A stretch of 64,000 bases of DNA from an uncultured Chitinophagales bacterium (GCA_964473555.1 CAYYPL010000008.1:64601-128600), one strand, 5' to 3'. Shown: positions 28,903 to 38,558, counted from the first letter of the stretch. Numbers and translations: made by a program. The notes: generated by a model from the sequence alone, not told the origin.

Positions 28903-29228
28903 TAATTACAAATACTCATCCTGATGTTCAATAACTTCATTATGGATCTTTGATTGATTGTTGACTTAGCAAGGAAACAAACCCTGCGAGGATGCTCAGG
29001 TATCATCTATCATCTGTATGCGAAATAATGGATTCGCACGTGGGTAAAAGCGACATAAGGTTATCGAAAATCGGGTTTATTACTTGGAACACCGTTTGGT
29101 GTGTACGGAAAAAAGATAGCTGCTTTCAATTCCTGAAATCCGCTCAGGAGTATGCTAGGGGCGTTTATGGAATCAGATCAAAAATAAATCAGATTATTAT
29201 GTCTTATTATTAAGAGTTTGGCACGACT

Positions 29229-29244
29229 ATTGCTGAGTACTTTT
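29229..29244 (+). promoter_or_regulatory. Sigma-54 promoter (-24/-12) for the porin gene
   Basis: TGGCACGACTATTGCT, a perfect TGGCAC-N5-TTGC, 75 nt upstream of the ATG at 29319. Confidence 0.7.
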
Positions 29245-29318
29245 CGAACACAAACAATTTCAACAAACATCCACATCGGATAGGTATACTTAACCAACTA
29301 CAAATTAAGGAATCAACA

Positions 29319-30590
29319 ATGAAACGTTCTATGATTACCAAACTTATCTTCGCGCTGACCTTCCTGGTAGGTTTCAGTGCTGTAGCGCAGGCTCAGATCT
29401 TGCGCAATATGTCGTATTACCGTGCCCAGGACAAAACGGGACTTAACGTATTTGAAGCGCCTAAAGTAGAAGGCGAAGCTTTTGATGGTGTTCGAATTCG
29501 CATCGGTGGATCAAACACACTTCAGTTTCAGGCTATTGAACAAGAGAATACTCCTGGTGGCATTTTAAGAATTGGAAACAACTTCAACCTGGCTACTTCA
29601 AACATGGACATCGATGTACAGTTGCACAAGGGTGTCAGAATGCATTTACGTACCTATTTATCTTCACGTCACCATCCCGAGCCCTATGTAAAAGGTGGTT
29701 ATCTTCAAGTTGACCGTCTTGATTTCATACAGGAAGGTTTTATGAGTGATTTGATGGATAAAGTGACTTTGAAATTCGGCCACATGCAGATCAACTATGG
29801 GGATGCGCATTTCCGTAGAAGCGACAACGCCCAGGCACTGTTCAATCCATTCGTAGGCAACTTCCTTATGGACTCCTTCACAACAGAAGTGGGTGGAGAG
29901 GTTTACTATCAGAGCAATGGTCTGTTGGCCATGGTTGGAGTAACCAATGGTAAATTGAATCAATCTACCGTACGTGCAGCGCTCAACGCTCCTGTGTACA
30001 AGCCGGTTTTTGTTGCCAAACTAGGTTATGACAAACAAGTTAACGAGGATCTACGTGTACGACTGACCGGTTCTGTCTACACAACAAGTGAGTCTGGAAC
30101 CAATTATCTGTACACAGGTGACCGTGCCGGTGCCCGTTACTACAATATTTTGAACAACGCCACCAGTGAGTTCCGTAACCCACGTGTAAACCCAGGTTTC
30201 AACCACGAAATAACCGCGATCATGATCAACCCCTTCGTGAAATTCCAGGGACTTGAGTTCTTCGGTGTGATCGAAAATTCCAGTGGCAAGACAGTTGCTG
30301 AAGCTGACAGAAGAACCTTCAATCAATATGCAGGTGAGCTTCTGTATCGTCTAGGCGAAAACGAAGACTTCTATATCGGTGGCCGTTACAACCTGGTAAG
30401 TGGAACAACTGCAGCGCGTGAAGAAGTGGATATCTCCAGAATCAATGTCGGTGGCGGATGGTTCATGACCAAAAACATTTTGACCAAAGTAGAATACGTG
30501 ACCCAAAAATACGAAGGCTATAACTCAACCAGCCTGTTCAATGGCGGTAAGTTCAGCGGATTCATGCTCGAAGCTGTGATTAGCTTCTGA
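29319..30590 (+). CDS. Outer-membrane beta-barrel porin (signal peptide, C-terminal Phe)
   Basis: Signal peptide ...AVAQAQ, alternating amphipathic strands, C-terminal ...MLEAVISF. Specific porin family not recognised. Confidence 0.65.
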   Translation: MKRSMITKLIFALTFLVGFSAVAQAQILRNMSYYRAQDKTGLNVFEAPKVEGEAFDGVRIRIGGSNTLQFQAIEQENTPGGILRIGNNFNLATSNMDIDVQLHKGVRMHLRTYLSSRHHPEPYVKGGYLQVDRLDFIQEGFMSDLMDKVTLKFGHMQINYGDAHFRRSDNAQALFNPFVGNFLMDSFTTEVGGEVYYQSNGLLAMVGVTNGKLNQSTVRAALNAPVYKPVFVAKLGYDKQVNEDLRVRLTGSVYTTSESGTNYLYTGDRAGARYYNILNNATSEFRNPRVNPGFNHEITAIMINPFVKFQGLEFFGVIENSSGKTVAEADRRTFNQYAGELLYRLGENEDFYIGGRYNLVSGTTAAREEVDISRINVGGGWFMTKNILTKVEYVTQKYEGYNSTSLFNGGKFSGFMLEAVISF

Positions 30591-30620
30591 TAGCCTCAAA
30601 AGACACATACACACCTCAAA

Positions 30621-30650
30621 AGCCCCGGAATGAAACCCGGGGCTTTTTTT
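30621..30650 (+). terminator. Rho-independent terminator after the porin gene
   Basis: AGCCCCGG-AATGAAA-CCCGGGGCT followed by TTTTTTT. Confidence 0.8.
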
Positions 30651-30732
30651 AAAGCATCCATACCGGAAGCAATTCTGGTAGCCCACCCAACCCAGTACAT
30701 ATCCGAACCTGTCACAGTAACCCGTTAACGTC

Positions 30733-31125
30733 ATGAAGCCGCATCGAATCTTGTTGATCGAACCCCATCGGGACATTGCGGATCCACTGGCCGAGTTGCT
30801 CCGCTCCATTGGGAAAGAAGTCAAAGTGATACAGAACGTGGATGTACTTATCAGTAATACTGCGTTCGACCAGTATGATCTGATCATCGCCGATACCGAC
30901 AATTTTTGCTCGTTCAACTATGAACTGGCAAAGCGTCGACGGGAGGGTGAAATCAAGCCTCTTTTATACCTCATCGGTTGTTACTGCATGCAAGATCGAA
31001 CCAGGCAGCTGGTCCAACTCGGTATCGATGGCATTATGATCAAACCCATTGAATTCGATGCCATGATGTTCGACATTGAGCGTATTTTGATGAAAGTTTC
31101 TCCCGAACTAAGCACGGCAAACTGA
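30733..31125 (+). CDS. Stand-alone receiver (REC) domain protein, acidic pocket degenerate
   Basis: (beta-alpha)5-like pattern with DLIIADTD (phospho-Asp position) and IMIKP (conserved Lys). The N-terminal DD pair is replaced by EP (ILLIEPHRD). Confidence 0.6.
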   Translation: MKPHRILLIEPHRDIADPLAELLRSIGKEVKVIQNVDVLISNTAFDQYDLIIADTDNFCSFNYELAKRRREGEIKPLLYLIGCYCMQDRTRQLVQLGIDGIMIKPIEFDAMMFDIERILMKVSPELSTAN

Positions 31126-31172
31126 GTCCATTATCTTCAATCTGACTTAGTTTTTCGTTAACTTTGGCGATT

Positions 31173-32462
31173 ATGAATAATGCCAAAAGTAAAGCCCTTT
31201 TTTCCAGGGCAACCGAATTAATTCCGGGTGGAGTCAACTCCCCGGTCCGTGCGTTTAAAGCCGTTGGCGGAACGCCGATCTTCTTCAAAAAAGCGGCGGG
31301 TGCTTATCTGTATGATGAGGATGACAATACCTATATCGATTATATAGGTTCCTGGGGACCCATGCTGCTTGGACATGCTTATCCAGCTGTGATTGAAGCT
31401 GTGCAAAAAGCTGCTGCCGATTCTACTTCTTTCGGCGCTCCAACGCGTCGTGAAGTCGAACTTGCCGAGCTCATTTTAGACATGATTCCCACAATGGATC
31501 GTATCCGCATGGTGAACTCGGGTACGGAAGCCTGTATGAGTGCGATTCGTGTGGCCAGAGGATACACCAAAAGGAATAAAATCCTCAAATTTGAGGGTAA
31601 TTATCATGGACACGCGGATAGTTTTCTGATCAAGGCCGGAAGCGGAGCGCTTACATTAGGTACGCCAAGCAGTCCTGGTGTTACACCCGGAACCGCTGCG
31701 GATACTATTTTGGCCAGATATAATGATCTTGAGCAGGTTCGAGACTTGTTCAAAGCTCAGGGGTCTGAGCTTGCAGCCGTAATTCTGGAACCTGTCGCTG
31801 GGAACATGGGATGTATCCCGCCCGAACCTGGATTCCTGGACGGTCTGCGTATGTTATGTGATGAGTATGGAGCTTTACTGATTTTTGATGAAGTGATGAC
31901 TGGATTTCGACTTACGCCTGGCGGAGCTCAGGAACTCTATGAAATCAAGGCTGATCTGGTGACCTACGGCAAGATCATTGGCGCAGGACTTCCAGTTGGT
32001 GCTTATGGAGGCACAGAAGAAGTAATGAACGTAGTTTCTCCGGTTGGACCGGTGTATCAGGCTGGAACGTTATCCGGTAATCCATTGGCTATGGCTGCAG
32101 GACTGGCACTTTTGAGTGAATTACACCAAAATCCGAAGCACTATATCGAGCTTGAAGAGAAAACGGCTTACCTTGAAAAAGGCCTTGATGAAGCACTGTC
32201 AACAGCTGGGTTTCCATACTTCATCAACCGTGTCGGATCTATGATTTCAATATTTTTTACCGAACAGCGTCCGACTGACTTCGATAGCGCCATCAAAACC
32301 GATGCCGAGCGATTCAAATCGTACTTCCACCACCTGTTGGATTCTGGAATTTACCTGCCGCCAGCTTCCTACGAAGCATGGTTTTTGTCCAACGCTCATA
32401 CCTACGCCGATCTGGATGCCACAATTGAGGCAACCCACAGCTGGGTCAAAAAGAACGCGTGA
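31173..32462 (+). CDS. hemL: Glutamate-1-semialdehyde 2,1-aminomutase
   Basis: [17 protein letters not shown] Lys in [11 protein letters not shown], and [14 protein letters not shown]. First ATG at 31173; the ORF opens with TTG at 31164. Confidence 0.93.
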   Translation: MNNAKSKALFSRATELIPGGVNSPVRAFKAVGGTPIFFKKAAGAYLYDEDDNTYIDYIGSWGPMLLGHAYPAVIEAVQKAAADSTSFGAPTRREVELAELILDMIPTMDRIRMVNSGTEACMSAIRVARGYTKRNKILKFEGNYHGHADSFLIKAGSGALTLGTPSSPGVTPGTAADTILARYNDLEQVRDLFKAQGSELAAVILEPVAGNMGCIPPEPGFLDGLRMLCDEYGALLIFDEVMTGFRLTPGGAQELYEIKADLVTYGKIIGAGLPVGAYGGTEEVMNVVSPVGPVYQAGTLSGNPLAMAAGLALLSELHQNPKHYIELEEKTAYLEKGLDEALSTAGFPYFINRVGSMISIFFTEQRPTDFDSAIKTDAERFKSYFHHLLDSGIYLPPASYEAWFLSNAHTYADLDATIEATHSWVKKNA

Positions 32463-33718
32463 AAAACATCCGGTTATTTACTGTATTCCTGGTCGTATTG
32501 ATTGACCTCATCGGGTTCGGGATTATCCTGCCGCTGATGCCCTTTTATGCCTCTGAATTTGGTGCCAGTCCGGTCATGATCGGATTGTTGTACAGTATTT
32601 ATTCGGTTGCACAGCTTGTTTTTTCACCCATTTGGGGTGGACTTTCGGACCGAATTGGCCGTCGTCCGATCATGCTTCTGAGTACTCTGGGTGCTGCTGT
32701 GGCTTACATTGTATTTGGTTTCGCAGAGACCTTTGCGGTTTTGTTATTGTCCAGGTTAATGGCGGGCGTAATGGGAGGAAATATTTCCACTGCGCAGGCC
32801 TATATCGCGGATGTAACCTCGGTCGAAGATCGCGCGCGCGGTATGGGACTTATTGGAGCAGCGTTCGGACTGGGATTTGTGATGGGGCCGGCACTGGCGT
32901 CGGGCTTGATTCATCCATCTATTCCTGCTTTTGTTGAGTCGATCGGATATTCTGGCTTCGCTTCGTGGTTGTCTGAGCATTCGTATGCCATTCCTGCCTT
33001 TTTTGCCTCTATGTTGTCGTTTGTGAGCTTCTTAATGGTCTATTTCAGGCTCGAAGAGACCGTTGTTCCGGGTGCCGAAACTAGTTCTGGGGCCAAAGAC
33101 GGGGTATTCACCAAGGCATACTGGACGAATCTGATTGCTACGGGAAAAAGTTCGCAAACGGGATACATACTGATTTTGCTGATGGGCGCGATGTTTATTT
33201 TATCCTTTGGCCAAGCCAGTCTGTACAGTGCTTTCCCATTGTTTTGTGAGGCTGTATTGGGGATGACAGCCGGTCAAGTGGGTATACAGTTTTTTTGGTT
33301 GGGGATCATTACGGCTGTGATCCAGGGCGGATTGATGCGTCCATTGACCAAGGTTTTTCGGGAGGAAACCCTGTTTTTGGTCGGTAATGTGCTGATGGCT
33401 GTTGGTTTGGTTTTGCTTGGTACGGCGAGCAGCATCCAACAGTTGACTATGTACCTTGCATTGATGGCAGTCGGGCACAGTTTGAATCTTCCGACGGTGA
33501 CTTCCCTGATATCCCAGAAAGCGGATCCCGCGCGTATGGGTGCTACCATTGGGGCAACACAAGGGCTCTCGGGTCTTGGTCGTGCTATTGGTCCGACCTG
33601 GGGTGGATTCCTGTTTGGTATCGGCGTCGGACTACCATTTTGGTTGACCGGGATTGTGGTAGCTGGAACGGTGGTAATTGGGATAGCGGTAAAGCGGGCG
33701 AGCGGGCCAGCAGGCTAG
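32459..33718 (+). CDS. MFS transporter (Tet/TCR-like drug:H+ antiporter family)
   Basis: [13 protein letters not shown] (motif A), 12-TM profile. The GTG start overlaps the hemL stop. Confidence 0.85.
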   Translation: MKNIRLFTVFLVVLIDLIGFGIILPLMPFYASEFGASPVMIGLLYSIYSVAQLVFSPIWGGLSDRIGRRPIMLLSTLGAAVAYIVFGFAETFAVLLLSRLMAGVMGGNISTAQAYIADVTSVEDRARGMGLIGAAFGLGFVMGPALASGLIHPSIPAFVESIGYSGFASWLSEHSYAIPAFFASMLSFVSFLMVYFRLEETVVPGAETSSGAKDGVFTKAYWTNLIATGKSSQTGYILILLMGAMFILSFGQASLYSAFPLFCEAVLGMTAGQVGIQFFWLGIITAVIQGGLMRPLTKVFREETLFLVGNVLMAVGLVLLGTASSIQQLTMYLALMAVGHSLNLPTVTSLISQKADPARMGATIGATQGLSGLGRAIGPTWGGFLFGIGVGLPFWLTGIVVAGTVVIGIAVKRASGPAG

Positions 33719-33865
33719 CAGATTGGCAGCTTTGCTGCGGATGGGTGATTGCATCACGGCGGTGCTCACTTCGTGATCGTCGGTGCAGTTTACACTGCGT
33801 GGGGGCTTGCATTCGCAAACGGTTTAGCAGTTTAGCTGCGTTGTATGTTTTTGACCGCTGAGTTT
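33719..33865 (+). repeat. Mini-hairpin array C (degenerate G-rich spacers)
   Basis: GCAGC-TTT-GCTGC 33726-33738, GTGAT-TGC-ATCAC 33745-33757, then TCAC-TTC-GTGA, GCAGT-TTAC-ACTGC, TTGC-ATTC-GCAA and GCAG-TTTAG-CTGC. These are separated by GGATGG, GGCG, GTCG, GTGGGG and GGTTTA, with a period of about 20 nt. Confidence 0.65.
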
Positions 33866-33905
33866 TTTCTTCGAAAAAAATAGGCGTCCAAAATTCATAC
33901 AACTT
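33866..33905 (+). repeat. Second copy of the 38-nt core CTTCGAAAAAAATAGGCGTCCAAAATTC..AC.ACTTC
   Basis: Near-identical to 11708-11745. Here only the right arm is present, plus a short TTTTTT/AAAAAA stem. Confidence 0.8.
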
Positions 33906-33938
33906 CGCAAAGTCCTGCTTGCCCGCTTGCCTAATAGC

Positions 33939-34157
33939 CTATTTCCTCATAAAGAGATCGATACCCAGAGCCATCAGGATGGCGATCTGGATAATGGCTA
34001 TTATCGTAAACAGGACGAGCTTATACAGCACGAGTATATAATCCTGCTTGGTCGCAAGATTTTTAGGTAGCCAGTAGCCTTTTTTGTACATAAAGTAGGT
34101 CGATCCGATGGATGCAATGAAGAAAACACCGACCAGTATGATAAACTTGACGATCAC
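33939..34157 (-). CDS. Small two-TM membrane protein, translationally coupled to hemY
   Basis: 72 aa with two hydrophobic helices. The GTG start (34157) overlaps the hemY TGA stop (34154-34156) in a GTGA overlap. No family recognised. Confidence 0.45.
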   Translation of the reverse strand: MIVKFIILVGVFFIASIGSTYFMYKKGYWLPKNLATKQDYILVLYKLVLFTIIAIIQIAILMALGIDLFMRK

Positions 34158-35587
34158 GGCACAGGATTAATTTGAGTGAGTGGATGATTCCAGCTATGAC
34201 GTATGCACGCGTCAAGGGAAATTCCGGTTCTGAAATTACCTGCAAGATAAAAACCCGGATTCATTTGTTCAATGAGATCCATTACTTCCAGAAACTCTGC
34301 AAATCCGATTTCATACTGGGGGATTGCCTTGCTCCAGCGTGTAAAATGACTGAATACGGGTGCTGATCGAACTCCAAGCAAGGTGTTGAGATCTGTTAGA
34401 ACGATTGCGCTCACCTGGTCTTCGGTCAGGTCGACCAGTTCCGGATTCCGCATGCCTCCTATAAAAACGGTCAAGGTAACGTGATTGTCCGGAGCCCGGC
34501 CTGGGAAAATTGAAGACGTAAACAGACATCCAAGTATATTCATGGATTCTTTCTCGGGCACCAGTACTCCGAATCCGTCAAGGGGATGTGCGATGGATTG
34601 TCGAGGGAATCCAAGTGTTAAACTGGAAACGGGAGCATAGGGCAAGTCTGGGAGTTTGGTGTCAGGTAGACCTTCAAACCCAGTGAACGTGATGTTTCCA
34701 AGAGCATGTGTAGGACCTGTAAAGATGAGTTTTGAGTAGGAAGTGGGAAGTGGGGAGTGGGTATTGTGCGAAGTGGAGAACGGGAGAACAGGAGGACTTT
34801 CGTTAGGGTTTTGCGATGACACAGATAGATAATAGGTGTTGTTGGGATGGCGGACTATAGATTTGACCCGGGTATTCAGGTGCAGGCTTGTTCCAAGTTT
34901 TGCCGCCAGGGCATTGGTCAGCTCCGAGAGTCCATCAGGGAACGTGAGTACGCGTTTTTTGTAGGCCTGTTCGCCGGACTTTTTGCGCTGGCGCATGCGC
35001 CCAATGGACCCTTTTATCAAAGATCCAAACTCGTCTTCGAGTGCTTTGACCTTGCCAAACGCATGCCCAACAGACAACCGCTCAGGATCTCCGGCATAGA
35101 TGCCACCTACCATCGGATTAATGGCATAATCCAGAAACTCAGCTCCAAGCCGTCTTCTGACGAACGATGCCAAAGATTCATCGGCGTTCGGGACACGCAA
35201 TACAGGGCGAAATGGTTCGCCTAAAACCCCAAACTTCGCTTTCCAGGAAAAAAGCGGAGTTTTAACCGCGGTAACTGCACTATTTGGGACTAACTGTGGT
35301 TTTTTGTACCGAACAATATATCGTCTTTTAGCCTCCGTTGAAGCCTCAAGAAGACGGTCTCCAAGCTCTAATGATTCAACCAGCTCGGTAACAGATGAAT
35401 CAGAATCCTGAATGGAATTTGGTCCGGCTTCTGCCAGCCAGTCTCCCTGCCGATGGGATCTGATGGCACCACCGGGATTAGAACTTGCCTCAAAAACGGT
35501 CACGTCATGACCATCGCGCTTGAGCCTCCAGGCCAGCGTCAGACCACTGATACCCGCTCCAATGATTCCAATTTTTTCCATATCCAA
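34154..35587 (-). CDS. hemY: Protoporphyrinogen oxidase (HemY/PgoX type, FAD-dependent)
   Basis: N-terminal IGIIGAGISGLTLAWRL...VFEASSNPGGAIRS (FAD fold) and overall HemY-like layout. Contains a low-complexity insert encoded by heptad repeats. Confidence 0.85.
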   Translation of the reverse strand: MDMEKIGIIGAGISGLTLAWRLKRDGHDVTVFEASSNPGGAIRSHRQGDWLAEAGPNSIQDSDSSVTELVESLELGDRLLEASTEAKRRYIVRYKKPQLVPNSAVTAVKTPLFSWKAKFGVLGEPFRPVLRVPNADESLASFVRRRLGAEFLDYAINPMVGGIYAGDPERLSVGHAFGKVKALEDEFGSLIKGSIGRMRQRKKSGEQAYKKRVLTFPDGLSELTNALAAKLGTSLHLNTRVKSIVRHPNNTYYLSVSSQNPNESPPVLPFSTSHNTHSPLPTSYSKLIFTGPTHALGNITFTGFEGLPDTKLPDLPYAPVSSLTLGFPRQSIAHPLDGFGVLVPEKESMNILGCLFTSSIFPGRAPDNHVTLTVFIGGMRNPELVDLTEDQVSAIVLTDLNTLLGVRSAPVFSHFTRWSKAIPQYEIGFAEFLEVMDLIEQMNPGFYLAGNFRTGISLDACIRHSWNHPLTQINPVP

Positions 35588-35841
35588 AAATAAGCAATTT
35601 GATCGAATCCTCTTCCATTCCTGCCCTATTCAGACACAAACATCCAGTAATTTCCAACAACTTAAGATACCTATCTGTCAACGCAAGTCCCCGATCGCTA
35701 AGCATCATGCAGCACCTGCGTTATTGTTTATTTAGACTAGATACAATTAATAGTTGACAACACGTTAATCCGTTCCTAATTTAGACACATTCAATATTAG
35801 GAAAAAATGTAAACGTTAGTCATAGATTTTATTAATTATAC

Positions 35842-38049
35842 ATGTTATATATGTTCAATATCAAAAGATTTTCCATCTTTGCGATTTTATTTATTTCAGC
35901 TGGTCCAATTCAGGCACAGGTTGTGCCAGTGCAAGTATCCAGTGAAGCGGATTCGCTCAAAAAGGCGACGATGCCACAAATCGAAGTAATCGGACAACAG
36001 GGCAGATTTGTCCGGATTCCAGGCTCGGCAGAACTCATTCATGTTACACAGATCCAGAATAGTTCGCAGCTGAGTGGAAACGAAGTAATCCGAACTGTAA
36101 GTGGAGTACACGTTGTTGACGAAGAGGGACTCGGACTACGGGCAAATATCGGGATCCGTGGTCTGGATCCGGATCGTAGTCGAACGGTCCTGGTGCTCGA
36201 AGATGGCGTTCCTGTGGCCCTGAATCCCTACGGAGAGCCCGAATTATATTATACCCCTTCCATGGACCGTATGGTCGGAATGGAAGTTCTAAAAGGCAGC
36301 GGATCTATACTTTTTGGGCCACAGACGTTCGGAGGGGTAATTAATTACCAGACCGCGAATCCTCCTGCCGTTCCGACTGCGACTGCACTTGTGCGTGGTG
36401 GACAAGGCGGACTGTTCACCGGAAAATTTGGGTATGGAACCACCTACGGCAACACCGGATTCCAGGCTACGTACGTTCGTAAACAAGGTGACAATGTGGG
36501 ATTAATCCATTTTGGTATTCATGATTTCAATACAAAGGTAAAGCTTGTTCTCGCAGAAAACTCAATTCTCGGTTTCAAAGTGGGATTCTACGACGAGCAG
36601 TCTAATTCAACCTATATCGGACTCACTCAGGCTATGTACGATTCAGGGAACTACTATTTTGAGCAAATTGCTCCGGATGATGTATTAAGTATCCGCCGGT
36701 ACAGTGCATCCGCTACACTGGATCATTTTTTCAATAACAATGTCCGCCTGAAGACCACTGCTTTTGCCTATGCAACTACCCGAAACTGGGCCCGTCAGGA
36801 TTTCGATACGGTTCCGGTTGCCGGCCGTGAGTATGCCCGAATTGTAGGCGATTCATCCATTCCTTTCGGAGCACTCTATTTCAGAAACACAACAGGTAAC
36901 CGTGACCGACAATTTGAGGTTATTGGTATCGAACCAAGGCTCAGTGTGAATTATATCGCCGCCGATTTGCGTAATGAACTGGATTTCGGTGTGCGATTCC
37001 TGTATGAAAAAGCGTATGAACAGTTTGTGATCGGATCGGTAAATCGTCCAACTTCAGGTCCGTTGCGCGACGACGAAATCCGCTCGGGCCAGGCTTTTAG
37101 TGCGTATGTGCAGAATCGTTTGTATGTATCGGATGATTTCACGGTTACCCCAGGTCTGCGATTGGAATATTTCCAGTATGATCGTGAGATCTATCGAATG
37201 GGAAATCAAGAAATGAATACCAAAACATCCGGCGAAATTACCGAATTCATTCCAGGGGTAGGATTCAATTATAAAATCAGTGAAAGTGGATCGATTTATG
37301 CTGGTGTGCACCGCGGTTTTGGCCCCCCTAGAACCAAAGATGCTATCTCGTCTTCAGGTGTGGCCGAAGATCTGGATGCAGAGCGAAGCTGGAACTATGA
37401 GTTAGGTGCCCGAACCCGTCTGCACGAGTCGGTTGGGTGGGATGTTACGGTGTACTTTATGGATTTCTCCAACCAGATTATACCAGTGAGTGAGTCCTCT
37501 GGTGGACTTGGAACGGGCCTTACAGGTCTTGTAAATGGTGGAGAAACTCGTCATTGGGGTGTGGAGTCAAAACTGAATGTGGATCTGGGTCAGCTTTTCG
37601 AAATCAAGACCGGACTTCTGTTTCGCACCGCTGCCACCTTCGCCAGTTCTGAGTTCGGCAATGACCGGTTTGTCGCCTCAGGTGGACAACAGGTCAATGT
37701 GAAAGGGAATGCTTTACCCTATGCTCCCGATTTCATGGTCAACTCCAGGCTGGATGCCACGTTTACATTCGGACTGACACTGGGACTTGAGCTGAATCAT
37801 GTTGCCCGACAATACACCGATTTACTGAATACGATACAGGCTTCATCAAATGGTCGAACCGGTTTGTTACCATCCTATACCGTTATCAATGGTGTAATTG
37901 GGTATAATATCCCGGGATATGAGTCAGCAAGTCTGAATCTGAGTATCAAAAATCTGACAGATGAGCGATATATGGCGACGCGTCGTCCGCAGGGAATTCG
38001 ACCGGGTCTTGCACGATTCGTGAGTGCCGGATTCGACCTGAAATTCTGA
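35842..38049 (+). CDS. TonB-dependent outer-membrane receptor
   Basis: Signal peptide ...PIQAQ, plug-domain blocks (NIGIRGLDPDRSRTVLVLEDGVP, GGVINY), beta-barrel, C-terminal ...AGFDLKF. Alternative ATG at 35851. Confidence 0.85.
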   Translation: MLYMFNIKRFSIFAILFISAGPIQAQVVPVQVSSEADSLKKATMPQIEVIGQQGRFVRIPGSAELIHVTQIQNSSQLSGNEVIRTVSGVHVVDEEGLGLRANIGIRGLDPDRSRTVLVLEDGVPVALNPYGEPELYYTPSMDRMVGMEVLKGSGSILFGPQTFGGVINYQTANPPAVPTATALVRGGQGGLFTGKFGYGTTYGNTGFQATYVRKQGDNVGLIHFGIHDFNTKVKLVLAENSILGFKVGFYDEQSNSTYIGLTQAMYDSGNYYFEQIAPDDVLSIRRYSASATLDHFFNNNVRLKTTAFAYATTRNWARQDFDTVPVAGREYARIVGDSSIPFGALYFRNTTGNRDRQFEVIGIEPRLSVNYIAADLRNELDFGVRFLYEKAYEQFVIGSVNRPTSGPLRDDEIRSGQAFSAYVQNRLYVSDDFTVTPGLRLEYFQYDREIYRMGNQEMNTKTSGEITEFIPGVGFNYKISESGSIYAGVHRGFGPPRTKDAISSSGVAEDLDAERSWNYELGARTRLHESVGWDVTVYFMDFSNQIIPVSESSGGLGTGLTGLVNGGETRHWGVESKLNVDLGQLFEIKTGLLFRTAATFASSEFGNDRFVASGGQQVNVKGNALPYAPDFMVNSRLDATFTFGLTLGLELNHVARQYTDLLNTIQASSNGRTGLLPSYTVINGVIGYNIPGYESASLNLSIKNLTDERYMATRRPQGIRPGLARFVSAGFDLKF

Positions 38050-38189
38050 CCTGCTTTCATGGCTACACCTTTGAATGCATCGCTGGTGGGATTGATCTGT
38101 CCGGCGATGTTCGTTTATAGAATCCGGTCACAGAAAGTGCTATCTTTGTGTATTCAACCATCTGTATCCACTTCAGACTTAGTGATTAT

Positions 38190-38546
38190 ATGACCGATAA
38201 AAACCGACTTGAACTGTTTCGTGAAAAACGGGCCAAAATGAACGATAAAATCTTTGCACTGGACCATCTGGGAGTTAAAAGGTTTTTTAATCTGGACAGT
38301 AACACCTATCGGGACGGGGCATTGGATGGAAAAACCAAGGAGCTTTTGGGATTGGTGGCATCTGCGGTGCTCCGTTGCAACGATTGCATTGATTATCACC
38401 TCGAGCAGTGCTACAAACAGGGATACAGCAAGGAAGAAATGATTGATGCGATGAATGTAGCCCTGATAGTAGGTGGAAGTATTGTAATTCCACACTTTCG
38501 CCATGCCGTTGAGACCATTGAATTTCTCGAAGCCGAAGGGCGTTAG
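38190..38546 (+). CDS. Carboxymuconolactone decarboxylase / AhpD-like family protein
   Basis: ORF trimmed to ATG 38190. CMD core motif LRCNDCIDYH (CxxCxxH). Confidence 0.8.
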   Translation: MTDKNRLELFREKRAKMNDKIFALDHLGVKRFFNLDSNTYRDGALDGKTKELLGLVASAVLRCNDCIDYHLEQCYKQGYSKEEMIDAMNVALIVGGSIVIPHFRHAVETIEFLEAEGR

Positions 38547-38558
38547 TCTGTCAAGCAA

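Noticed and set aside
28992-29213. 73-aa ORF in the sigma-54 intergenic region
   Set aside because: It has no family resemblance, and its end runs up to the -24 element of the porin promoter. The region is better explained as regulatory DNA.
34734-34761. Phase-variable switching of hemY by heptad slippage
   Set aside because: The four units are imperfect (GAGTAGG, AAGTGGG, AAGTGGG, GAGTGGG), which disfavours slippage, and hemY is a core pathway gene. It is kept as a repeat-capture observation, not a phase-variation claim.
35588-35841. Fur box or cobalamin riboswitch upstream of the TonB-dependent receptor
   Set aside because: I could not find a convincing GATAATGATAATCATTATC-like 19-mer or conserved riboswitch core sequences by eye.
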